Positions 1 through 8,945 of a stretch of 42,620 bases of DNA are shown here, in pieces. The notes under the pieces were generated by a model. That model searched no databases. It worked only from the letters and a program-made list of their open reading frames with translations, and was not told the origin of the DNA. The stretch spans positions 1-42,620 of the IMG/VR virus record IMGVR_UViG_3300043443_000649, one strand, 5' to 3'. This DNA comes from a virus (lineage: Duplodnaviria > Caudoviricetes). Numbering within the stretch: the stretch's first letter is position 1; the number at the start of each line of letters is the position of its first letter. The position numbers and the translations under genes are program-made.

Positions 1-379
1 AGATCGCACCCTCCTGCTCAGCCCAAGGCAGATCGATCGCATACCATAGATCCTTAAGCCGCACGGCTGGGGCATTCCGCTCGATCAACAGTTTGTGCAG
101 CACGTTGGGCGCGAGGTAAGCCAGCCTTAAAACCCGCCCGACATAGGCAGCAGTAAACCCCTCAGCATTGGCGATGTCCTGGTTGCAGGAGGCCGCACCA
201 GCCTCAAGCTTACGTTTCCAGCTCCATGCCAGTGCCATTGCGCGCAAGATGTGCGGATCCACACCGCCATTGTCGTCGTTCGCTACATAGTCGTCGGGCG
301 GCGCAATTCGCGGCCGCCCGTTCCGCTTTCGGATTACGAGTGGGATAAAGATCGTGGTGATGCCGGTGGCTCCGCTCAT
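1..379 (-). CDS. Hypothetical protein downstream of the serine recombinase (3' end beyond the window; not in the ORF track)
   Basis: ATG at 379 overlaps the recombinase stop (ATGA). Open frame MSGATGITTIFIPLVIRKRNGRPRI...LRLAYLAPNVL...LPWAEQ, typical of ORFs paired with DUF2924 recombinases. Confidence 0.75.
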   Translation of the reverse strand, partial: MSGATGITTIFIPLVIRKRNGRPRIAPPDDYVANDDNGGVDPHILRAMALAWSWKRKLEAGAASCNQDIANAEGFTAAYVGRVLRLAYLAPNVLHKLLIERNAPAVRLKDLWYAIDLPWAEQEGAI

Positions 380-1698
380 GCCGCTTTGCTCAGCTTGGGG
401 GATTGCAACATGTCACTGACGAGGGTGCTTAACCCACTCGTGCGCAGATCAAGCGACATACCTTCCTTGCTGACCACGACACGGTTGATGAGCAGCCGGG
501 CAGTCCGTTCCTGCTCGGCCGGAAATAGGTTGTCCCAAAGGTTGTCGAAGGTCGCCAGCGCACGCGAGACATCTTGCTCGTCCAGGTGCGATCCTTCGGC
601 CCTGAGGCCCGCGCAGGCTTTGGCAGCTATCTCGGGTGTGCGCAGCATCTGACGGATTTTCTGGACCACCGCGCTTTCGATTACTCCAGCATTTAGGCGC
701 ACAATGGAATCCTGGCCCTCGTCGCCGCGGTTCCGCAAAGCGTCCATCGAGATGTAATAACGGTAGAGCCGTTCACCCTTACGGGTGTGGGTCGGGGTCA
801 TGGCAGTGCCGGTGTCGGTGAATATCAGCCCTTTGAGCATGGCAGGCGTTTGCGAGCGGGTGTTGTTGGCCCGGGTGCGGGGGCTGATCGTCAGGATCGA
901 GTGGACCTTGTCCCATAGCGCCTGGTCGATGATCGCTTGATGCTCGCCGGGGTGGCAGGTGCCTTTGTGGACCGCTTCGCCCAGGTAAACCCGATTACGG
1001 AACAACTTATAAAGGAAGCCCTTGTCGATCGGGCGGCCGCGCTTGTTGGTGATACCTTTGCGGACCAGCTCACGGGTCAGCCTGGTGGCAGATCCCAGTT
1101 CAACAAAACGCTCGAAGATGAAGCGGATCTGTGCAGCCTCGGCCTCGTTGATCACCAGCTTGCGATTAATGGCATCGTAGCCCCACGGAACGAACCCGCC
1201 CATCCACATGCCCTTGGCGCGGCTGGCTGCAATCTTGTCCCGGATGCGTTCGCCGGTTACCTCGCGCTCGAACTGCGCGAAGGACAGCAGCACGTTAAGC
1301 GTCAGGCGCCCCATGCTGGTTGTCGTGTTGAACGACTGGGTGACCGAGACGAACGTTACCTTGTGCTCGTCGAACACTTCGACCAACCGGGCGAAGTCCA
1401 TGAGTGAGCGGGAGAGGCGGTCGATCTTGTAGACGACGATCACGTCGACCAGTCCGTCCCGAATGTCTTCCAGCAGGTTTTGGAGACCAGGCCGGTCGAG
1501 ATTGCCGCCGGAGTAACCGCCGTCGTCGTAACCCTCGCGCATCGCGCGCCAGCCTTCATGACGCTGGCTGGCGATATAAGCCTCGCAAGCCTCGCGCTGT
1601 GCATCGAGGCTGTTGAACTCCTGCTCGAGACCCTCTTCGGACGATTTGCGGGTGTAGATCGCGCAGCGAATGCGGCGGGGTGCTTCAGGTGCGCTCAT
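376..1698 (-). CDS. Large serine recombinase (integrase)
   Basis: Motifs CAIYTRKSS (catalytic Ser), YDDGGYSG..RPGL, VVYKIDRLSRS and FAQFEREV; recombinase domain; start at 1698 overlaps the upstream stop. Confidence 0.93.
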   Translation of the reverse strand: MSAPEAPRRIRCAIYTRKSSEEGLEQEFNSLDAQREACEAYIASQRHEGWRAMREGYDDGGYSGGNLDRPGLQNLLEDIRDGLVDVIVVYKIDRLSRSLMDFARLVEVFDEHKVTFVSVTQSFNTTTSMGRLTLNVLLSFAQFEREVTGERIRDKIAASRAKGMWMGGFVPWGYDAINRKLVINEAEAAQIRFIFERFVELGSATRLTRELVRKGITNKRGRPIDKGFLYKLFRNRVYLGEAVHKGTCHPGEHQAIIDQALWDKVHSILTISPRTRANNTRSQTPAMLKGLIFTDTGTAMTPTHTRKGERLYRYYISMDALRNRGDEGQDSIVRLNAGVIESAVVQKIRQMLRTPEIAAKACAGLRAEGSHLDEQDVSRALATFDNLWDNLFPAEQERTARLLINRVVVSKEGMSLDLRTSGLSTLVSDMLQSPKLSKAA

Positions 1699-2153
1699 CG
1701 TCCGCCCTCCGCCTGCCGGAGGCCAAAGAAGCGGTAACCGTTCCAGCTGGTCCCGGTGATGACCTTGGCAACTGCCGAGAGCGACTTGAACCGCTGGCCA
1801 TTCCAGTCGAACCCGTCTTTGGCCACGACCACTGTGTGCTCGGTGCCTTTCCAATCGCGGATGAGGCGAGTGCCGATGATCGGGTTGCGCGGATCAGCGA
1901 TCACCGATTTGCGGACCTTCTTTCCTTCAATCTCGTCAGCCAGAGCATCCAGGGTTCGAACGATGGGCTTACTCAGCCCGCCGAAGGCCAGTTCTTGAAT
2001 GCGGTGGCCGAGGCGCTGTTCCAGGTATGGCCGGCTGTTGTTGGGGGGAGGGGCATTAAACAGCTTCTCCCACTGTGCCTTCAGCTGCGGCATGGTTTGT
2101 GTCTTGAGTTCGGCCAAGCGCGCAAGCACCTGCGGGTCGTTATAGTTCTGCAT
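1695..2153 (-). CDS. DUF2924-like protein
   Basis: Motifs RIQELAFGGL, GTRLIRDWKG.EHTV and SLSAVAKVITGTSWNGYRFFGL; coupled to the recombinase. Confidence 0.85.
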   Translation of the reverse strand: MQNYNDPQVLARLAELKTQTMPQLKAQWEKLFNAPPPNNSRPYLEQRLGHRIQELAFGGLSKPIVRTLDALADEIEGKKVRKSVIADPRNPIIGTRLIRDWKGTEHTVVVAKDGFDWNGQRFKSLSAVAKVITGTSWNGYRFFGLRQAEGGR

Positions 2154-2371
2154 TAGCGTTCTCCAACTCGGGGGCGTCCCCGGGTTCGACACACGCTCTT
2201 GCCGGGCGAGATAGCGAGTGAACTATCTGCGTCCTCTGCAGATATAGAACTGGACTTTGCGTGCATCCGGATGATGCCTACCGCGATGATCTGCCCCAAC
2301 TCGGTGAAGCGCTCGTCGTCGGTCATGGTATCGATGGGTTGCGAGCTGTTGCCCGCAGAGATGTCGTACAT
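2153..2371 (-). CDS. Small hypothetical protein, first gene of the integration operon
   Basis: TAATG overlap with DUF2924; MTDDERFTELGQIIAVGIIRM helix. Confidence 0.6.
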   Translation of the reverse strand: MYDISAGNSSQPIDTMTDDERFTELGQIIAVGIIRMHAKSSSISAEDADSSLAISPGKSVCRTRGRPRVGER

Positions 2372-2471
2372 GTCTGGTGAACCTGATGGCTGGCAAGGCG
2401 ATCAGGCGAACTCTCTCCCTGATCATGTCAGGCAGAATATGTGCGGGATATAAACGTCGTCAATGAGAACG

Positions 2472-2490
2472 AGTAGGGCAAAATCCCACA
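2472..2490 (-). promoter_or_regulatory. Putative repressor operator (copy 2)
   Basis: Reverse complement TGTGGGATTTTGCCCTACT matches 3271-3289 at 16/19. Confidence 0.65.
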
Positions 2491-2506
2491 ATCGACGCGG
2501 TGGCAC

Positions 2507-3229
2507 TCAGCGGCGGCTGTAAAGTCGCTGGTGGGCGCGCAGGACGATCCCAATGATTTGAACGCCGTCGTCGCTGAAGTTGTCGGCATCGGGTCTGCCG
2601 ATGATAATCGGCTCCTGAAACTCTGGCCGCGTGGACTCGGCGCGCAGGATGTAATTCTTCCCGTCGTGATCGAGGCGCTTGCAGGTGAGCTCGTGCATGT
2701 CGTGACGGTCGCGCTGGACGATAACGATGTCGCCCGGAACCGGCTCTATTTCGCCAAAGATTGTGCGCAGACACTCAAGGTCAGACCCGGGAGGAATGAG
2801 CTTGTCCATGGAATTGCCCTCCATGCGCAGGGCAAAGCGCTCGCCGCCAGCAACCGGACTTGGGCCGACCTCAATGAAGTAGCGATCTTCCTCGGGCCAT
2901 TCAGTCTGTTCGCGCCAGACGCCTGCCGCTACGGCGCCCAGAACCTGCAAGCGTTCGTAAGGCGCAACGCCGCCAACGCGGGGCATCACACCTTCGCCGC
3001 CAGAAACGAGCCGGGAAATGTCGATGCCAAGGGCGCGAGAGAGCCCAACCAGGGTTTCGAGTGTCGGGTTGTTGCTGCGGCCCCGCAGGATCTCGCGCAC
3101 GATATGCGGCGATTTCCCGCCAGTCGCGGCCAGCGAGAGCGAGCGGGCATTCCACTCGGTTCCAGGAGCAGTGGCAGTCTCGAGAACCTTTCTGAGGTGC
3201 TCGATGTTGACGAGTGAGCGTTGGGTCAT
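2507..3229 (-). CDS. CI-like repressor (HTH + S24/LexA-type peptidase)
   Basis: N-terminal HTH (NPTLETLVGLSRALG), VAAG cleavage site, FALRMEGNSM Ser motif, TCKRL Lys motif; divergent from cro-like gene. Confidence 0.9.
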   Translation of the reverse strand: MTQRSLVNIEHLRKVLETATAPGTEWNARSLSLAATGGKSPHIVREILRGRSNNPTLETLVGLSRALGIDISRLVSGGEGVMPRVGGVAPYERLQVLGAVAAGVWREQTEWPEEDRYFIEVGPSPVAGGERFALRMEGNSMDKLIPPGSDLECLRTIFGEIEPVPGDIVIVQRDRHDMHELTCKRLDHDGKNYILRAESTRPEFQEPIIIGRPDADNFSDDGVQIIGIVLRAHQRLYSRR

Positions 3230-3270
3230 GAGCTGTGCCTAGCTCTGTGGAAATTGCTGGTCAATACAAA

Positions 3271-3289
3271 TGTGGGATTGATCCCTACT
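3271..3289 (+). promoter_or_regulatory. Putative repressor operator in cI-cro intergenic region
   Basis: Imperfect palindrome TGTGGGATTGATCCCTACT; extra half-sites TGTGGAAATT (3246) and TGTGGGATTT (3295). Confidence 0.7.
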
Positions 3290-3323
3290 TGTGGTGTGGG
3301 ATTTGAACGTCAATAACGGAGCT

Positions 3324-3551
3324 ATGACGCATCCTATCCTTCATGACATCGACGCCTTCCTCCGCCGCACCAACCTTTCGGAGACCTATTTTGGTCGCCA
3401 GGCGGCCAACGACTGGAAGCTCATCAGCCAGCTCAGGAAAGGCAGGCGCCTTTGGCCCCAAACCGAGCAGCGCATTCGCGACTTCATGGCCAGCTACCGC
3501 CCGCGCGGGGAGCGCAGTGCCGGCGTGGCGGGAGCTGCAAACCATGGTTGA
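3324..3551 (+). CDS. Cro-like small DNA-binding protein
   Basis: 75 aa, IDAFLRRTNLSETYFGRQAAND..LISQLRKGR pattern; divergent from cI; GGAG RBS. Confidence 0.8.
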   Translation: MTHPILHDIDAFLRRTNLSETYFGRQAANDWKLISQLRKGRRLWPQTEQRIRDFMASYRPRGERSAGVAGAANHG

Positions 3552-3888
3552 GGACATCACTGCCGCAAGGCAGCAGGCAAGCCTGCCCAATGAAGATTTG
3601 CTCTGTGCCTGGCTTGATGCGGCCTCGCCGGGCGAGCGTCTTGAATATCACCGCGGGTTTCTGGCGCGTGATGTCGATACGGCAAAGCCCCAGCGCCTGC
3701 CGGAATGGCGCCGCCAATCTCTGATGCGTCTTGCCGCCCGTGCCCGCTGGGCTGCCGAGAACGAGGTGGTCCACCTCGTCCAGATCCGCCGGGGTGCGGG
3801 AGATTTCAGTTACGTCGCGATTGCAAGGCCCAAGAGCCGGAAGGTCCAGTCGATGATTGCTGCACTCACGCTGCCCCAGGCGGCCTGA
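3544..3888 (+). CDS. Phage hypothetical protein
   Basis: Overlaps cro stop; AW...A.PGERLEYHRGFLA.D and VHLVQ.R motifs. Confidence 0.7.
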   Translation: MVEDITAARQQASLPNEDLLCAWLDAASPGERLEYHRGFLARDVDTAKPQRLPEWRRQSLMRLAARARWAAENEVVHLVQIRRGAGDFSYVAIARPKSRKVQSMIAALTLPQAA

Positions 3889-4021
3889 CGGAACAGGGGC
3901 AGTGGGGGCTAACCGCGAGGCGCCCACGGATATTCGATCGCCGCGTCAACCACTGCCCCGCCCTTGCTGGCGGGATTGCTGACGACTGATCGCGTGAAAT
4001 CACAGACGAAAGGATCACACG

Positions 4022-4468
4022 ATGACACTTGAGGATCTGCCAACCCAGCCTCCTGCCACCCTTGATGCATTGCCAGTCGAAGTGCTGGCCCGCTTGCAGG
4101 GGCAGGCTCAGACCCGCCTTGCCGGCGCATCACAAATGGTCGCCATTCTCCATGGCGTCCTGACCCGCCGCTACGCGCAGGGTCTCAATGAGACCGGCAC
4201 CCACCGGCGCACTGATGGCGACTACGAAATCCGCATCGAGGTGCCCAAGAACGTCTCGTGGGATCAGGACAAGCTGGCGAGCGCGATCGAGACCATCCGC
4301 AGTTGGGGTGAGAACCCCGCCAACTATGTTGAGACGAAGCTCTCGGTCTCGGAGAACAGCTACAAGGCGTGGCCGCCTGCGATCCGCGATCTGTTTACGC
4401 CTGCGCGCACAGTGAAACCGGGCAAGGCAAAGTTCGGGATCGCGCCCGGGATGAAGGAGGCAGCGTAA
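4022..4468 (+). CDS. Phage hypothetical protein (early region)
   Basis: AAGGA RBS; TAATG coupling to the next gene. Confidence 0.75.
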   Translation: MTLEDLPTQPPATLDALPVEVLARLQGQAQTRLAGASQMVAILHGVLTRRYAQGLNETGTHRRTDGDYEIRIEVPKNVSWDQDKLASAIETIRSWGENPANYVETKLSVSENSYKAWPPAIRDLFTPARTVKPGKAKFGIAPGMKEAA

Positions 4469-5262
4469 TGGCTATTTCGCTTTCTTCGCTCAATCGTCTC
4501 TCGGTTCCGAAACCCCCGCGCATCGTAATCTACGGCCCGCACGGGATCGGCAAGAACACCTTTGCAGGCGCCGCGCCGTGCCCGGTGCTGATCAACCTGG
4601 AAGATGGCCATCCGTCAGGCCAGGCGATCGATGCCTTTCCAAGGGCAGAGAGCTTTGGTCAGGTCATGGAGGCGATGCAGGCGCTCTATAACGAGGACCA
4701 CGACTTTGCGACGCTGGTCGTCGACAGCCTCGACTGGCTCGAGCCGCTGGTCTGGGCCGAGACAATCAAGCGCAACAACGAGGCAAACCCTTCCAAGCAG
4801 TGGGCCTCGATCGAGGATGCCGGATACGGCAAGGGCTATATTGCAACGCTCGATGTCTGGCGCGAATACCTCGACGGGATAAACGCGCTGCGCAATGACA
4901 AGGGAATGGCGGTGATCCAGACCGCCCATGCCGAAGTGAAGCGCTTCGACAGCCCTGAGACCGAGCCGTTCGATCGCTATCAGATCAAGCTCCACAAGAT
5001 GGCCTCGGCTCTTGTCCAGGAACACGCCGACATGGTGCTGTTCGCCAACTTCAAGACCAGCGTCGCCAAGGCTGATGTCGGAATGAAGAAGGTGGCGCGC
5101 GGCGTAGGGGCTGGAACCCGCGCCCTCTACACCGAGGAGCGCCCTGCTTTCCTTGCCAAGAACCGGCACAACCTTCCCCCCGAACTCCCGCTGTCATGGG
5201 AGGCGCTGGCCTCTGCCATGGCCGCGTCGAGCGAGGCTGCGAGCCTCAACCAAGCAGCCTGA
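4468..5262 (+). CDS. AAA-family ATPase (AAA_24/Sak4-like recombination protein)
   Basis: Walker A YGPHGIGKNT, Walker B LVVDSLD, GYGKGY motif, AKNR. Confidence 0.85.
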   Translation: MAISLSSLNRLSVPKPPRIVIYGPHGIGKNTFAGAAPCPVLINLEDGHPSGQAIDAFPRAESFGQVMEAMQALYNEDHDFATLVVDSLDWLEPLVWAETIKRNNEANPSKQWASIEDAGYGKGYIATLDVWREYLDGINALRNDKGMAVIQTAHAEVKRFDSPETEPFDRYQIKLHKMASALVQEHADMVLFANFKTSVAKADVGMKKVARGVGAGTRALYTEERPAFLAKNRHNLPPELPLSWEALASAMAASSEAASLNQAA

Positions 5263-5299
5263 TCAACCACCCCCCCAAGCTCACGAAAGGAATGGGACC

Positions 5300-5833
5300 A
5301 TGGCCTACCTCGGAGGCGCATTCGATGCCTCGCAAGTTGAACCCAAGGGCGATTATTCGCCCGTGCCGCCCGGCGAATACAAGGTGCAGATCATCACCTC
5401 GGACTTTGTTGAAACCGCCAACCGCACCGGACATATGCTCAAGCTTGAGATGGAAATCATCGAAGGCGAGCAGTCCGGGCGCCGGCTCTATGACCGCCTC
5501 AACCTCGATAACCCCAGTGCCCAGGCCCAGGAAATCGGGCAGCGCACGCTCTCGGCCATCTGCCACGCGGTGGGCAAGCTCTCGGTGCAGGACAGCGATG
5601 AACTGCACATGCAGCCGATGATCGCGGTGGTGGGCGTCAAGGAAGCGCGCACGGGCAAAGACGGCCGGATGTACGGCACCTCGAACGAGATCCGCACCTA
5701 CAAGGCGCTGGGATCGGGAAGCGGGGCCCCGAGCGGCGGGTTTGGAAATGGCGGTATGAAACCTGCTGGCGCTGTTCCCGCTGCAGGAAGCGGCCAATCG
5801 GCAACTGCTCCCTGGAAGCGCGCGGCTGCCTGA
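5300..5833 (+). CDS. DUF669-like single-stranded DNA-binding protein
   Basis: PVPPGEY motif, Gly/Ala-rich tail ending APW; follows the AAA ATPase. Confidence 0.8.
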   Translation: MAYLGGAFDASQVEPKGDYSPVPPGEYKVQIITSDFVETANRTGHMLKLEMEIIEGEQSGRRLYDRLNLDNPSAQAQEIGQRTLSAICHAVGKLSVQDSDELHMQPMIAVVGVKEARTGKDGRMYGTSNEIRTYKALGSGSGAPSGGFGNGGMKPAGAVPAAGSGQSATAPWKRAAA

Positions 5834-5914
5834 GCCTGGTTGGCAGGACGGACGGGGTCGAATCGACCGTCCTGCCACCCATTCCCCTGACTGCAATAAT
5901 CGAAGGAGCAGGCG

Positions 5915-7018
5915 ATGGCCGCTCTACCTGAATTTGTGTGCCCGACGCTAGTGCAAGCTGATGCTGCGCTGGTCGATGGGCAGGACCTGCGCCGCCGGGC
6001 CTATCTTGGCATGTCGGCGATTGGCGCAAACTGCGCGCGCGCGCTGTGGTACCAGTTCCGCTGGGCTTGGACGGTGCGCTTTGATGCGGTGACCCTCAAG
6101 CGCTTTGAGGACGGACATCGCAGCGAAGATCTTGCCGTTGCGCGCCTCAAGCGGCTGCCTGGCCTCACCATCCATGAAACCGACGAGACGGGCGGGCAGT
6201 GGGGCTTCAAGGATTTTGGCGGGCATTTCTCCGGTCATATGGACGGGGTGTGCCTGGGCCTCGTCCAGGCACCCAAGGCCTGGCATGTCCTTGAGATCAA
6301 GGCCTCGGAAAAGTGGCAGGACCTCGACAAGATGCGCGCCAAGGTCGGCGAGAAGTCGGCGCTCGCCGAGTGGAACCCGACCTATTACGCCCAGGCCGTT
6401 CTCTACATGGATTACGCCGGGATCGACCGGCACTGGCTGGTCTGCGTCTCGCCGGGCGGCCGGCGCTGGACGGCGGTGCGCACTGAGGCCGATCCGGCCT
6501 TTGCCGCAAGCCTCAAGGCCAAGGCGGAGCGGATCATTTTTAGCGACCATGCGCCGCTGCGCATTGGTGGGCCTGAGAGCTTTGCCTGCCGGTTCTGTGA
6601 TCTGGTTCCGCTCTGCCACGAAGGCGCGCGCGCCGAGCGCAATTGCCGCACCTGCCTTGCCGCCGAAGCTGGCCGTGACGGCGAGTGGCGCTGCACCCGC
6701 TACGGCCACACCCTCTCGCGCACCGATCAGGAGGCTGGCTGCGGCGATCATCGCTTCCTGCCGGACCTGGTCGATGGCGAGCAGATCAACGTTGAGCACG
6801 GACGGGTCATTTACCGGATGGCTGACGGCGCGACCTGGATCGACGCGGGGCCTGACGTCCATGCGGTTGGCGATGTCATCGTTCACCGCACCTGCCGCTC
6901 GTGCGGTTCGTATGCCTGGATAGTCACCGAGGGTAAGGGGCCACATGCTGCGGGCCTGCGCTGTACTGGCTGCGAAGCCCATGGCGGCTGGCTCCCCAAG
7001 GCTGAGGTGGCAGCATGA
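5915..7018 (+). CDS. Cas4-like PD-(D/E)XK exonuclease with Cys clusters
   Basis: YLGMSAIG..CARALWY, GHMDG, LEIKAS, YYAQ...YM and CRFC motifs. Confidence 0.82.
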   Translation: MAALPEFVCPTLVQADAALVDGQDLRRRAYLGMSAIGANCARALWYQFRWAWTVRFDAVTLKRFEDGHRSEDLAVARLKRLPGLTIHETDETGGQWGFKDFGGHFSGHMDGVCLGLVQAPKAWHVLEIKASEKWQDLDKMRAKVGEKSALAEWNPTYYAQAVLYMDYAGIDRHWLVCVSPGGRRWTAVRTEADPAFAASLKAKAERIIFSDHAPLRIGGPESFACRFCDLVPLCHEGARAERNCRTCLAAEAGRDGEWRCTRYGHTLSRTDQEAGCGDHRFLPDLVDGEQINVEHGRVIYRMADGATWIDAGPDVHAVGDVIVHRTCRSCGSYAWIVTEGKGPHAAGLRCTGCEAHGGWLPKAEVAA

Positions 7019-8619
7019 CCGCGCCCCTGACCTTGCGCCCCTATCAGGAAGAAGCACTCACCAATCTGTGGGACTGGTTCTCCTCGCGCGATGGCAACCC
7101 GCTGGTGATCCTGCCCACGGGCGCTGGCAAAAGCCTCGTCATCGCCGAGTGGTCAAAGCTTGTGTTCGAGACCGATCCCAGCGCCTGCATTCTGGTGCTC
7201 ACCCATGTGCGCGAGCTCGTCCAGCAGAATGCGGCCGAGCTTGTCGGGCTGTGGCCTGAGGCGCCGTGGGGGATTTATTCAGCAGGGCTCGGGCGGCGCG
7301 ACATTGCTGCGCAGCTGCTCTTTGCCTCGATCCAGTCGATCCACAAGAAGGCCTACAAGCTGCCGCGCCGGGTCGACATGGTGCTGATCGACGAAGCCCA
7401 CATGATCCCGCGCAATGCCGACACGATGTACGGCAAGTTTCTCGCCGACCTCAAAACCATCAACCCCGCGCTCAAGATCATCGGGCTCACCGCAACGCCG
7501 TTTCGTCTCGATAGCGGCCGCCTTGATCAGGGCGAGGATGCAATGTTCGACGGCACCGCGCATGAGACCAATGTGCGCGAGCTCATCGACAATGGCTGGC
7601 TTTGCCCGCCGGTGAGTTTCCGTCAGGCTGCCGAGATTGACACAACCGGCGTTGGCACCCGCGGCGGGGAGTTCATCGCCTCACAGCTCGAAGATGCAGC
7701 GCTGGATCCCATCGTGATCGCCAGGATCGCGGACCGAATTGTCCAGGAGGGGATCGATCGGCGTGGCTGGCTGATCTTTGGCTGCACGATCAAACACTGC
7801 GAGGCCTTGTGCGATGCTTTGACCGAACGGGGCTTCGATGGGGCTGGCGTTTACGGGCACACCGACAAGCGCGAGCGTGACCGGATCATTGCCGACTTCA
7901 AGGGTGAGCGGCTCCGCTTCCTCGTCAGTCAGGGCGTGCTCACCACCGGGTTTAACGCGCGCCATGTCGATCTCATCGCACTTGCCCGTCCGACCAAGTC
8001 GACCGGGCTCTATATCCAGATGGTCGGGCGCGGTACCCGCCTCTCGCCAGAGACCGGCAAGGCCAACTGCCTGATCCTCGACTTTGGCGGCAACATTGCG
8101 CGCCACGGTCCGTTCGATGATCCGGCGATCCCGGACAAGAAGAAAAAGGGCGAGGGCCTCGCGCCCTACAAGGACTGCCCGGAATGTGATTGCTCGTGCG
8201 GGACAATGACCCGGTATTGCCCATCGTGCGGGTATGAGTTCCCGCCGGTCGAACGCTTCGTCAACACGAGGCCCGACGAGCAGTCGGTGCTGGCAGCTGA
8301 GACCGACTGGCTCGAGGTGGCCGAAGTCAGCTTCCAGCGCCACGAGAAGGAAGGCTCACCGCCTTCGCTGAAGGTTGATTACCGGATCGGTCTGAACTTC
8401 CACCGCGAGTGGGTCTGCTTTGAGCACCAGGGCTATGCCCGCGCCAAGGCTGAAAGCTGGTGGCTGCGGCGCGGGGCAACCCCGGTGCCGCGCTCGGTCG
8501 GTGAGGCGCTGGCGCGCCAGCACCAACTGGCAGTCCCCACCCACATTCGGGTCAAGCGCTCGGGGCGCTTCCACGAGATCACGGCCTACCGGTTTGATGT
8601 GGGGCGGCTTGCTGCGTGA
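7015..8619 (+). CDS. SF2 DEAH-box helicase with Zn finger
   Basis: LRPYQ, PTGAGKS, DEAH, GLTATP, QMVGRGTR and CPEC..CPSCG motifs. Confidence 0.92.
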   Translation: MTAPLTLRPYQEEALTNLWDWFSSRDGNPLVILPTGAGKSLVIAEWSKLVFETDPSACILVLTHVRELVQQNAAELVGLWPEAPWGIYSAGLGRRDIAAQLLFASIQSIHKKAYKLPRRVDMVLIDEAHMIPRNADTMYGKFLADLKTINPALKIIGLTATPFRLDSGRLDQGEDAMFDGTAHETNVRELIDNGWLCPPVSFRQAAEIDTTGVGTRGGEFIASQLEDAALDPIVIARIADRIVQEGIDRRGWLIFGCTIKHCEALCDALTERGFDGAGVYGHTDKRERDRIIADFKGERLRFLVSQGVLTTGFNARHVDLIALARPTKSTGLYIQMVGRGTRLSPETGKANCLILDFGGNIARHGPFDDPAIPDKKKKGEGLAPYKDCPECDCSCGTMTRYCPSCGYEFPPVERFVNTRPDEQSVLAAETDWLEVAEVSFQRHEKEGSPPSLKVDYRIGLNFHREWVCFEHQGYARAKAESWWLRRGATPVPRSVGEALARQHQLAVPTHIRVKRSGRFHEITAYRFDVGRLAA

Positions 8620-8945
8620 GGACCTGCTTTTGCGGGCGCACCGCGCGCGGGTTTGCCTGGCACGACTTCAAGAGCGCCACCTTTGAACGCCTCCCACCAG
8701 TGCCCGCCTGCTCAATGGCCTGCCTCGAAATTATCACAAGAAAGCGCGGTAAGATGCAGATAAACGTAGATGAAAAACGCGCTATAGCCTCGGCGAGTCC
8801 GGCGATTGGTGCTTGGCTGGAGCAAGTGGGAAAGAGCGATCTCGCCACGATGAGCGAGGCTGAATGGCTGGGCTTTCTGGCCCATGTTTACGGTTCGATC
8901 TGTGCTGAGACGCGCAAGATCTGGGAGAACGAGGTGCCGTTCTGA
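8616..8945 (+). CDS. Phage hypothetical protein (DUF6511-like)
   Basis: Cys motifs, GKSDLATMSEAEW, ends EVPF; coupled on both sides. Confidence 0.65.
   Translation: MRTCFCGRTARGFAWHDFKSATFERLPPVPACSMACLEIITRKRGKMQINVDEKRAIASASPAIGAWLEQVGKSDLATMSEAEWLGFLAHVYGSICAETRKIWENEVPF

Noticed and set aside
5915-7018. Cas4-like gene as evidence of CRISPR-Cas
   Set aside because: No repeat-spacer array or other cas genes seen; it lies in a standard phage recombination module
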